Source: Paracoccaceae bacterium (GTDB taxonomy: Bacteria > Pseudomonadota > Alphaproteobacteria > Rhodobacterales > Rhodobacteraceae). Taken from it: a stretch of 64,000 nucleotides of DNA. Location of the stretch: the NCBI GenBank assembly GCA_028284705.1, contig JANQRE010000009.1:1600-65599 (forward strand), given 5' to 3'. Each line of letters opens with the position of its first letter. Position 1 is the first letter of the stretch. The position numbers and the translations under genes are program-made. Of this stretch, positions 56,723 through 64,000 are shown in pieces. The notes under the pieces were generated by a model. That model made no database searches. It was not told the origin of the DNA and saw only the letters and a program-made list of their open reading frames with translations.

Positions 56723-58093
56723 TCAGAGCCGATAGGCTTTGCGCGCAAGATCGACCGCAAGATCGCGCGCCAAGATTTCAGCATCACCTGTCCCGAACAG
56801 ACCTCTCTCAACCTGTTGGGCCAGATGCAGTGCCACGGCACGTCGCCAGAGATCATGGCGCGCCGGGATCGACATGAACGCGCGCGTGTCGTCATTGAAC
56901 CCGGCAAGGTTCTGATAGCCCGCAGTTTCCACGACCTGATCGAAATAGCGTAGAATGCCGTTCAGACTGTCATGGAACCACCAGGGCGGGCCGATCTTCA
57001 GACAAGGCCAATGACCGGCCATCGGGGCCAGTTCGCGCGCATAAGTGCTCTCATCCAACGTAAACGCGATCAGACGAAAATTTGGATTGGTGCCAACGCG
57101 GTTCAGCAGTGGCTCCAACCCGCGCACCCAATCGGTGCGAACCGGCATATCCGCACCCTTATCGCGACCATGGCTCTCCAACAGATCGGCATTGGTATTC
57201 CGCCGCGAGCCCGCATGGATTTGCATCACCAACCCATCCTCGGCGGACATCTCTGCCATCTCAATCAGCATATGCCCATAAAGGGCCTTGGCATCCTGTG
57301 GCTCCAGCGCGCCCCGCCGCGCCTTGCCAAACAGCTCCTCGGCGACAGGTCGATCCAGCCAAACCGTATGAAGCTCTTCAATTGCGTGATCTGTCGCCGT
57401 TGCGCCCAGACCCTTGAAGACACCCCGCCTTGCGCGCAGCGCATTCAGGTAATCTTCGAAACCGGAAATCGTGATATTGCTGACCTCTTCCAGCCGCTTG
57501 ATTTCACGGACATATCTCGGGTCCGAGGGATCGAGCACCGCGTCCGGGCGGAAGGTGGGAATAACTCTTCCGGTCCAATCGCCGCGCTGCAAGGTCTGAT
57601 GATGCTCCAGCAGATCCGTGGCCGCATCGGTCGTGGCGAGAACCTCAAGATTGAACCGCTCAAACAGCGCCCGCGGGCGGAACTCTGGTCTCTCGAGCGC
57701 GGCGTCGATCTGGTCGTAGACCATATCCGCGGTCTCGGTGCTCAGAGCCACCTCGATCCCAAACCCGTGCCGAAACATATGCTCAAGCCAGGTCCGCGTC
57801 GGCGTGCCGAGAAACAGATGCCAATGCGCTGCGAACAGCCGCCAGATCGCCCGTGGATCGCGAGCCTCACGCGGCACACCAACACCCACATCCTCAAGGG
57901 CGACGCCCTGCGAATGGAGCATGCGAAACACGTAATGATCCGGCACGATCACCAGATCAGCCGGGTCCGTGAAGGCGGCATTTTCGGCAAACCAAGCGGG
58001 GTCGGTATGCCCATGGGGCGAGACAATCGGCAGGTCTCGAATTGCCTCGTAAAGCTCGGTGGCAGGGCTGCTCAGGCTGATCTCGAACGTCAT
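56723..58093 (-). CDS. uxaC: Glucuronate isomerase
   Basis: 456 aa with the SPHGHTDP metal motif and a TIM-barrel amidohydrolase-like pattern. The adjacent reductase lies 3 nt downstream. Confidence 0.75.
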   Translation of the reverse strand: MTFEISLSSPATELYEAIRDLPIVSPHGHTDPAWFAENAAFTDPADLVIVPDHYVFRMLHSQGVALEDVGVGVPREARDPRAIWRLFAAHWHLFLGTPTRTWLEHMFRHGFGIEVALSTETADMVYDQIDAALERPEFRPRALFERFNLEVLATTDAATDLLEHHQTLQRGDWTGRVIPTFRPDAVLDPSDPRYVREIKRLEEVSNITISGFEDYLNALRARRGVFKGLGATATDHAIEELHTVWLDRPVAEELFGKARRGALEPQDAKALYGHMLIEMAEMSAEDGLVMQIHAGSRRNTNADLLESHGRDKGADMPVRTDWVRGLEPLLNRVGTNPNFRLIAFTLDESTYARELAPMAGHWPCLKIGPPWWFHDSLNGILRYFDQVVETAGYQNLAGFNDDTRAFMSIPARHDLWRRAVALHLAQQVERGLFGTGDAEILARDLAVDLARKAYRL

Positions 58094-58172
58094 GGGCGAA
58101 GATTATGTGGGCGGCTCGGCAGGGGCCAGCGTTTTCGCTTTTCGCGGGCGGTACAATCCGTAAGCTGCGGGT

Positions 58173-59195
58173 ATGACAGACCAATCTCGCATCGCGCTGA
58201 TCGGCGTTGGCATGGTGGCCCAGACCCATGTCGACGCGATCTCGGCCTCACCGGGTCTGACGCTGAGCGGCGTCTGTGCGCGTCGGCCCGAACGGGCGCA
58301 GGCCTTCGCGAGTGCGAACGGCGACCTGCCGGTTTTCAATGCAGTCACCGACATCACCCGCGACACCACCGATTTTGCCATCATCGCGACGCCGCCCAAT
58401 GCGCGGGCCGATCTGGTTGCTCATCTCTGCGCCGAGGGCGTTCCGATCCTGATGGAAAAACCGATTGAGCGCTATCTCTCCGCGGCGCAAGGGATTGTCG
58501 AGACCTGTGAGCGGGCTTCGCTCCCTCTTGGGATCGTCTTTCAGCACCGCACTCGCGACGCGGTCGCCCGGCTGCGCGGGTTGCTTGATCGCATCGGCTC
58601 GTTGGCCTTGGTTGAAATCGCCGTGCCTTGGTGGCGTGATCAGAGTTATTATGATGAGCCGGGCAGGGGCACCTATAAGCAAGACGGCGGCGGTGTGTTG
58701 ATGACCCAGACCATCCACACGCTCGATCTGGCGCTCTCCCTCGCCGGGCCCGTGTCCCGCGTTCAGGCCATGGCGCGTACCTCGTCCCTGCATGACATGG
58801 AGACCGAGGATTTCGTCTCCGCCGGATTGGATTTCGCCAATGGCGCGCATGGATCGCTGATGGCGACCACCGCCAGCTATCCCGGTGGCAAAGAGCGGAT
58901 CACGCTGCACGGGTCCGAAGGCGTCGCGACGCTGGAGGGTGACGCGCTGACGGTCAACTGGCGGGAGGGAACGGTTGAGACATTCGGCAAGGATGGCGCC
59001 ACGGGTGGCGGTGCCGATCCGATGGCCTTTTCCTTTGGGTGGCACAGGGCCGTGATCGAGGATTTCGCCGATGCCCTTGCCACCGGGCGAGATCCGCTCG
59101 TGACCGGTCGCGAGGCCTTGCGTGTCCATGCTCTGATCGATGCGCTGATCCGCTCCTCCGACAGCGGACAGATCACCGAGGTGGCGCATGTCTGA
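58173..59195 (+). CDS. Gfo/Idh/MocA family oxidoreductase
   Basis: 340 aa with IALIGVGMVAQTH and MEKP. Confidence 0.8.
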   Translation: MTDQSRIALIGVGMVAQTHVDAISASPGLTLSGVCARRPERAQAFASANGDLPVFNAVTDITRDTTDFAIIATPPNARADLVAHLCAEGVPILMEKPIERYLSAAQGIVETCERASLPLGIVFQHRTRDAVARLRGLLDRIGSLALVEIAVPWWRDQSYYDEPGRGTYKQDGGGVLMTQTIHTLDLALSLAGPVSRVQAMARTSSLHDMETEDFVSAGLDFANGAHGSLMATTASYPGGKERITLHGSEGVATLEGDALTVNWREGTVETFGKDGATGGGADPMAFSFGWHRAVIEDFADALATGRDPLVTGREALRVHALIDALIRSSDSGQITEVAHV

Positions 59196-60198
59196 TCCCA
59201 TCCGCATGGCCGCCGTCGGTCTCGATCACCGCCACATCTACGGGCAATGCGGTCACATGATCGCGGCGGGGGCGGAGCTGATCACCTATTGGACCGAGGG
59301 TGAGCCGGAGACGCTGCCGGGGTTCCAGAAGCGTTTTCCGGACGTCCCGCGCAGTCGCGACCTTGATGCCGTATTGTCCCGACCCGACATCGATTTGATC
59401 GTCATCGCCGCCATTCCTGCCGATCGCGCCGAGCTTGCGATCAAAGCGATGGAGGCGGGGAAGGACGTGATGGTGGATAAGCCAGGCTGCACTAATTTTG
59501 AGCAATTGCACAAAATTCAGGCATGTGTCGCCCGCACAAAACGCATCTGGTCAATCGATTTTTCTGAACGATTTGAAGTACCTGCGGTCACTCGTGCGGC
59601 TGAGTTGGTGGCCCAGGGTGCCATCGGAAAAGTGGTGCAGACCGTGGGTCTGGGCCCTCATCGCCTTAATCGCGCGACGCGGCCGGATTGGTTCTTCCAG
59701 CGGGAGCGATACGGTGGAATTCTGACCGATATCGCCTCGCATCAGATCGACCAATTTCTCTATTTCACTGGCTCAGCTGACGCCGAGATCACCTTGGCCT
59801 CCGTCGGCAATTTCGCCAATCCAGACGATTCCGAATTGCAGGACTTTGGTCAGATCGCCCTGCGTAGCCCGAACGGTCACGGCTACATCCGGGTCGATTG
59901 GTACACGCCCGATGCGCTGCCGAATTGGGGCGATGGGCGTCTTACCATCCTCGGCACGGAGGGAACGATTGAGCTGCGAAAATATGTCGATGTGGCAGGG
60001 CGCGCGGGCACCGATCACCTCTTTCTGGTAAACGGAACCCGCTGCGAATATGTCGACTGCAAGGAGGCCAGCCTTCCGTATTTCACCAATCTCATCAATG
60101 ATATACGCGACCGCACGGAGACGGCGATGCCGCAGTCTCACGCGTTCAAAGTGATGGAGTTGGCGCTGGAGGCGCAGCGCATCGCGGAGGGAGGTTAG
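59188..60198 (+). CDS. Gfo/Idh/MocA family oxidoreductase-like protein with degenerate glycine-rich loop
   Basis: 336 aa with MAAVGLDHRHIYG in place of GxGxxG/A and a DKP motif. It overlaps the previous gene by 8 nt. Confidence 0.7.
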   Translation: MSDPIRMAAVGLDHRHIYGQCGHMIAAGAELITYWTEGEPETLPGFQKRFPDVPRSRDLDAVLSRPDIDLIVIAAIPADRAELAIKAMEAGKDVMVDKPGCTNFEQLHKIQACVARTKRIWSIDFSERFEVPAVTRAAELVAQGAIGKVVQTVGLGPHRLNRATRPDWFFQRERYGGILTDIASHQIDQFLYFTGSADAEITLASVGNFANPDDSELQDFGQIALRSPNGHGYIRVDWYTPDALPNWGDGRLTILGTEGTIELRKYVDVAGRAGTDHLFLVNGTRCEYVDCKEASLPYFTNLINDIRDRTETAMPQSHAFKVMELALEAQRIAEGG

Positions 60199-61172
60199 CC
60201 CCCGGCGATCTGCTTGGCTTTCTCCACTAGAACTTCGGCCTGCCGGATCGAGGCATAGTCGATCAGGCGACCGTCAAGCGACACTGCGCCTTTGCCTGCG
60301 GCCTCCGCCTCGGCCATCGCTTCGAGGATGCGCTTGGCTTTGGTAATCTCAGCCTCCGATGGGCTCATCACCTCGTTGGCGAGCGCGATCTGGCTCGGGT
60401 GGATTGCCCATTTGCCCTCGCAGCCCAACACTGCTGCACGTTTCGCCGCCGCGCGGTAGCCATCGGCGTCCTGAAAATCGCCAAACGGTCCGTCAATTGG
60501 GCGCAGACCATTGGCGCGGGCGGCGACCACCATGCGGGCGAGGGCGTAATGCCACATATCGCCCCAATGGGTGTCGCGATTGCCGTCGCCATCAGGGTCG
60601 GTGAGGACCGAATAGTCCGGGTTCACCCCGCCGATGATTGTCGTGCGCGCACGGGTCGAAGCGGCATAGTCGGCCACCCCGAAATGCAGGCTCTCATTGC
60701 GTTTGGAGGCGGCGGCGATCTCCGAGACATTCTGCATGCCCAGAGCGGTCTCGATGATGTGCTCAAACCCGATGCGCTTGGAGTAACCTTTTGCATCCTC
60801 GATCTGGGTCACCATCATGTCGACCGCGTAAACATCTGCCGCCGTTCCGACCTTTGGTATCATGATCAGATCGAGCCGCTCGCCCGCTTGCTCAACAATA
60901 TCGACCACGTCGCGGTACATGTAGTGGGTGTCGAGGCCGTTGATCCGGATCGACATGGATTTGTTGCCCCAGTCGATCTCGTTCAGCGCCTTGATGATGT
61001 TCTTGCGCGCCTGTTCTTTCTCGTCTGGTGCGACCGCGTCCTCGAGGTCGAGGAAGATCACATCCACCTCTGAATTCGCTGCTTTTTCAAACATTTGCGG
61101 CTGGCTTCCGGGAACGGCCAGCTCGGAGCGATTGAGGCGGCCAGGGGCCTGTTCGACGGGGAAGAATGACAT
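60195..61172 (-). CDS. mcl: L-malyl-CoA / beta-methylmalyl-CoA lyase (HpcH/HpaI-CitE family)
   Basis: ORF 60195..61262. The conserved sequence starts at the internal Met at 61172 (MSFFPVEQAPGRLNRSELAVPGSQPQMFEKAANSEVDVIFLDLEDAV...). It runs closely parallel to Rhodobacter Mcl1 throughout (IMIPKVG.AADVYAVD, GKWAIHP.Q.ALANEV). Confidence 0.88.
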   Translation of the reverse strand: MSFFPVEQAPGRLNRSELAVPGSQPQMFEKAANSEVDVIFLDLEDAVAPDEKEQARKNIIKALNEIDWGNKSMSIRINGLDTHYMYRDVVDIVEQAGERLDLIMIPKVGTAADVYAVDMMVTQIEDAKGYSKRIGFEHIIETALGMQNVSEIAAASKRNESLHFGVADYAASTRARTTIIGGVNPDYSVLTDPDGDGNRDTHWGDMWHYALARMVVAARANGLRPIDGPFGDFQDADGYRAAAKRAAVLGCEGKWAIHPSQIALANEVMSPSEAEITKAKRILEAMAEAEAAGKGAVSLDGRLIDYASIRQAEVLVEKAKQIAGG

Positions 61173-61277
61173 GCGGTGCGTCCTTTTAGTGCGAGTCGTT
61201 TTGCGGCACGCAAATGCGGCGCGAGGCTCGAAGTCAAGAACAAAAGCTGCATGCGGAGGCATGCAAACGACCGAAAA

Positions 61278-61910
61278 TTACCCGGAGCTCTGTGCTTTCG
61301 AGGAATAGAAATAGGCAATCGCCTGGGCGCGGTTCTTTACCGAGAGCTTGTCGAAAATATTTGAGAGGTGAAACTTCACGGTGTTGGTGGAGATCCCAAG
61401 TTCCTTCGACAATTCGCGGTTGGTCATGCCGGTTGCGAGCGCCTCGAGGATGGCGCGTTCCTTGCGCGACAGGGTCTCAATTGGATCGTCGCGCAGCTTG
61501 CGCACATCGAGAAATGGAAAAACCATCTTGCCCGCCGCGACATCGAGGCAGGTGCCGATCAGTTTCTCCACCGGAGAGGAGCGGGGTGCGAAGGCCGCCG
61601 CGCCTGCCGACATCGCCTGACGGGCGGCGTCGCTGTTGTCGTCGCCATAGACCACGATGCGCGGTGCGTTGGCCTGATCGCGCATCACCTCGATCAGCTT
61701 CGCGCCGCCGAGAGCGGGCAGGTTCCAATCGATAACCCCGATCTGTACGGGCACGCGCATGGCGAGGCCCAGAAAGCCTTCCGCGGTGGCGGATGTGGCC
61801 ATGAGCGAGAATCGTGGATCGCGCTCAAACACTTCCGACATGGCCGACAAAACCAGCGGATTGCCATCCGCGAGCAATATCTCAATTGGTTTGCCAGTTT
61901 CGTTAACCAT
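61278..61910 (-). CDS. LuxR/NarL-family response regulator with atypical receiver domain
   Basis: 210 aa. The C-terminal HTH is LSRKERAILEALATGMTNRELSKELGISTNTVKFHLSNIF. The N-terminal receiver-like domain keeps the acceptor Asp (VIDWNLP). Confidence 0.8.
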   Translation of the reverse strand: MVNETGKPIEILLADGNPLVLSAMSEVFERDPRFSLMATSATAEGFLGLAMRVPVQIGVIDWNLPALGGAKLIEVMRDQANAPRIVVYGDDNSDAARQAMSAGAAAFAPRSSPVEKLIGTCLDVAAGKMVFPFLDVRKLRDDPIETLSRKERAILEALATGMTNRELSKELGISTNTVKFHLSNIFDKLSVKNRAQAIAYFYSSKAQSSG

Positions 61911-61937
61911 CTGATCCTACGGTCATAATTCGAAAAA

Positions 61938-61998
61938 CCTACCCATTAGAATAGGGCAAATTTCGGTATACATCGGAATACTTACCAATATGGGTAGG
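61938..61998. promoter_or_regulatory. Inverted 9-nt repeats plus a direct TAGG(G)CAAAT repeat in the regulator/aminotransferase intergenic region
   Basis: CCTACCCAT (61938-61946) and ATGGGTAGG (61990-61998) are exact reverse complements. Each is followed within a few nt by TAGGGCAAAT or TAGGCAAAT. The region is AT-rich. Confidence 0.4.
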
Positions 61999-62107
61999 CA
62001 AATCCCCATACTTTTAGTTACCCAAAAGCAGGATTAAGGGAGGTTTTGCGGTTTGTCCACTGCCTTAGGTTGCCCCTCAACGCAGACCTTCAGGGACCAA
62101 TCCAGAC

Positions 62108-63352
62108 ATGACCGCGACCATCTACCCTCAGCTTGACATCCCCCAGACCATCGCAGCAGGACCGGGACCGGGCAATACCGATGCCCGCGTCTTGGCCCGG
62201 TTTGCCGGTGCGGGACTTGCCGATCACATGCATGGCGACGTTCTGCGCGGCATGGTTGAGTGCAAGCATATGCTGCGCGCGGTTATGGGCACGGACAACG
62301 TGCACACCTTCGGCGTGGCTGGCACGGGCTGGAGCGGGCTTGACGCGATGTTCGCCGCCGTTGCCCCCGGCGACAAGGTCGTCGCTTTCGTCAACGGCAC
62401 CTTCTCCGGCATTGATGCGCTGACCATCCGCATGAAGGCGGCAACAGCGGAGGAACTGGCCGCAAACTCCCTCGACCCGCAAGCCGCGAGCGTGACGATC
62501 ATCGAGGTGCCGCATGGCCAATCCGTGACCGGCGAGATTGCCGAGGCGGCGCTGGCGGAGCACAAACCGAAATGGGCGTTCATGGCCCATTGGGAAACCG
62601 GCTCTGGTCGCATCAACGATATTCAAGGCTTCTCGGACGCCTGCGTGCGCCACGATGCGATGGGTCTTGTCGATGCCGTCTCCTCCCTCGGCGTCGAAAA
62701 TTTCCGCATCGATGATTATCCGGGTGTGCACGCCTGGGCGTCCTGTCCGCAGAAAGGCATTTGCTGCCTGCCGCTGACCTATGCGCCGGTGAGTTTCACG
62801 GACCGCTATATTGAGGTGCTTAAAGAAACAGGCGCGCGGACCTTCGTGCATCATCCGATCATGGAAGCGCGGCACTGGGGCATTGTCGACGGCAAGGATG
62901 TGGAGAAGGGCACCTATCACCGGACCCACTCGGCTTATGCGGTGGCGGCCTTCCACGAAGCACTGCGGATCACGTTGGAGCAAGGCGTTGCGGCGCGGGC
63001 GGCGGATTACGCGTTCCACGAAAGCGTGTTGCGCGAGGCGGTTTCCGCCATGGGTTGCGAGGTGACCTCCAACATGACGAGCCTTGTCGTGCTGAACCTT
63101 CCCGGCGACCTGAAAGGCCGCGAGATGGAACTGGTGCAGACCTGCCGCGCCGAAGGCTTTGGCATCTGGCCGACACTTTCGGAGCCGGTGCAGGTGCGGA
63201 TCGGCATTCTGAACCTGCTGTCGCAGGCGGCGATCACCGACATCGTCAATCGTTTCGCCGAGGCGATCCGCAAGATGGGCGGTGAGGTTGAGCAGGCCGC
63301 GGTCGATGCTGTCCTGGCCCGCCACTACGACGCCGCGATTGCTGCGGAATAA
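62108..63352 (+). CDS. Class-V pyridoxal-phosphate aminotransferase (serine--glyoxylate / alanine--glyoxylate aminotransferase-like)
   Basis: 414 aa with a GPGPGN start motif, the acidic D in LVDAVSSLG, and a candidate PLP-Lys in SCPQKGI. Confidence 0.75.
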   Translation: MTATIYPQLDIPQTIAAGPGPGNTDARVLARFAGAGLADHMHGDVLRGMVECKHMLRAVMGTDNVHTFGVAGTGWSGLDAMFAAVAPGDKVVAFVNGTFSGIDALTIRMKAATAEELAANSLDPQAASVTIIEVPHGQSVTGEIAEAALAEHKPKWAFMAHWETGSGRINDIQGFSDACVRHDAMGLVDAVSSLGVENFRIDDYPGVHAWASCPQKGICCLPLTYAPVSFTDRYIEVLKETGARTFVHHPIMEARHWGIVDGKDVEKGTYHRTHSAYAVAAFHEALRITLEQGVAARAADYAFHESVLREAVSAMGCEVTSNMTSLVVLNLPGDLKGREMELVQTCRAEGFGIWPTLSEPVQVRIGILNLLSQAAITDIVNRFAEAIRKMGGEVEQAAVDAVLARHYDAAIAAE

Positions 63353-63373
63353 CTCCGAAAGGGAGAGGGACGT

Positions 63374-64000
63374 ATGGATATTCACGAATATCAGGCCAAG
63401 GAAGTTCTGAGCAATTTTGGTGTGGCTGTGCCTGAAGGCGCTTTGGCCTACAGCCCGGAACAGGCGGCCTACCGCGCGCGCGAGTTGGGCGGCGAGAAGT
63501 GGATTGTGAAGGCGCAGGTTCATGCCGGTGGGCGTGGCAAAGCGGGCGGCGTGAAGCTGTGCGACTCCGACGTGGAGATCCACGAAGCCTGCGAAGACAT
63601 GTTCGGCAAGAAACTGGTGACGCATCAGACCGGAGCCGATGGCAAGGGCATCTATCGGGTTTATGTCGAGGCCGCCGTACCGATTGAGCGGGAGATTTAT
63701 CTGGGCTTGGTGCTGGATCGCTCCAGCCAGCGGGTGATGATCGTGGCGTCAGGCGAGGGTGGTATGGAGATCGAAGACATCTCCGCGGAGAAGCCGGACA
63801 GCATTGTGCGGGCCATTGTCGAACCCGCGGTGGGTTTGCGGGATTTTCAGTGTCGTCAGATCGCGTTTAAGCTGGGCATTGAGCCGGGGCTCGTGCAGCA
63901 GATGGTGCGCACGTTGCAGGGCTGCTACCGCGCGTTTACCGAGCTTGACGCCACGATGGTGGAGATCAATCCCCTGGTTGTGACGGGTGACAACCGCTTG
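63374..64000 (+). CDS. mtkA: Malate--CoA ligase / succinyl-CoA-synthetase-type beta subunit, N-terminal fragment (runs off the window end)
   Basis: Hand translation from the ATG at 63374, preceded by GGGAGAGGGA, gives MDIHEYQAKEVLSNFGVAVPEGALAYSPEQAA...KAQVHAGGRGKAGGVKL, an ATP-grasp beta-subunit signature. The call as malate thiokinase rather than sucC rests only on the mcl/aminotransferase context. Confidence 0.7.
   Translation, partial: MDIHEYQAKEVLSNFGVAVPEGALAYSPEQAAYRARELGGEKWIVKAQVHAGGRGKAGGVKLCDSDVEIHEACEDMFGKKLVTHQTGADGKGIYRVYVEAAVPIEREIYLGLVLDRSSQRVMIVASGEGGMEIEDISAEKPDSIVRAIVEPAVGLRDFQCRQIAFKLGIEPGLVQQMVRTLQGCYRAFTELDATMVEINPLVVTGDNRL

Noticed and set aside
61278-61910. LuxR-family protein as a quorum-sensing (acyl-homoserine-lactone) receptor
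   Set aside because: The N-terminal domain is receiver-like (CheY fold pattern with an acceptor Asp), not an autoinducer-binding domain. No luxI-type synthase is nearby.
62090-63625. 511-aa ORF on the minus strand, opposite the aminotransferase gene
   Set aside because: It is a shadow ORF typical of GC-rich DNA. The product is Arg/His/Gly-rich and low in complexity with no recognisable motifs. The plus-strand frame gives a clean class-V aminotransferase. I applied the same reasoning to the other long antisense ORFs: 7921..9027(-), 12698..13699(-), 14005..14967(-), 20324..21469(+), 28478..29335(+), 29348..30349(+), 35631..36608(-), 38829..40220(+), 45762..46796(-), 53486..54454(-), 56972..58468(+) and 58248..59207(-).

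Overview
This is a 64 kb stretch of GC-rich, densely packed bacterial chromosome. By protein similarity it looks alphaproteobacterial of the Rhodobacter/roseobacter type; for example, the malyl-CoA lyase closely resembles Rhodobacter Mcl1. I can support about 65 protein-coding genes. I saw no rRNA, tRNA, CRISPR array, transposase, integrase or phage genes.

Layout:
1. 1-10.2 kb: housekeeping genes (recJ fragment, glpX, hom, TetR regulator, glyA, nadK, a multi-cupin protein, maeB).
2. 10.4-16.8 kb: prpE plus a tightly overlapped nucleoside-catabolism operon (cdd-deoA-deoB-add-upp).
3. 17.7-30.8 kb: fifteen co-directional minus-strand genes for acyl-CoA metabolism. They include two MerR paralogues, a 591-aa acyl-CoA dehydrogenase, GFA, a small RHH-like protein, GST, a YidD-like protein with a Cys-rich tail, thiolase, a cupin, a tandem NTF2-like protein, FadJ and a fused aconitase-X.
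4. 30.9-37.9 kb: two hotdog thioesterases, MATE, arsC, pyrD, DUF952, a 5'-nucleotidase, an SRAP peptidase and a cupredoxin-like protein.
5. 38-60 kb: a sugar-acid catabolic island. It holds an enolase-superfamily/IlvD/SDR/FAH set, a GntR regulator, a TRAP transporter with enlarged membrane subunits, a six-gene translationally coupled operon of mixed oxidoreductases, uxaC plus a mannitol-dehydrogenase-family reductase, and two Gfo/Idh/MocA genes.
6. 60.2-64 kb: a malyl-CoA module (mcl, an atypical LuxR-type response regulator, a class-V aminotransferase, mtkA fragment).

The most unusual items:
- The beta-oxidation operon is welded to an aconitase-X, a cupin and a duplicated NTF2-like protein.
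- The YidD-like protein carries a Cys-rich tail.
- The TRAP-linked six-gene operon matches no textbook uronate or aldarate pathway.

All functional calls come from reading the translations by eye. No database search was run.
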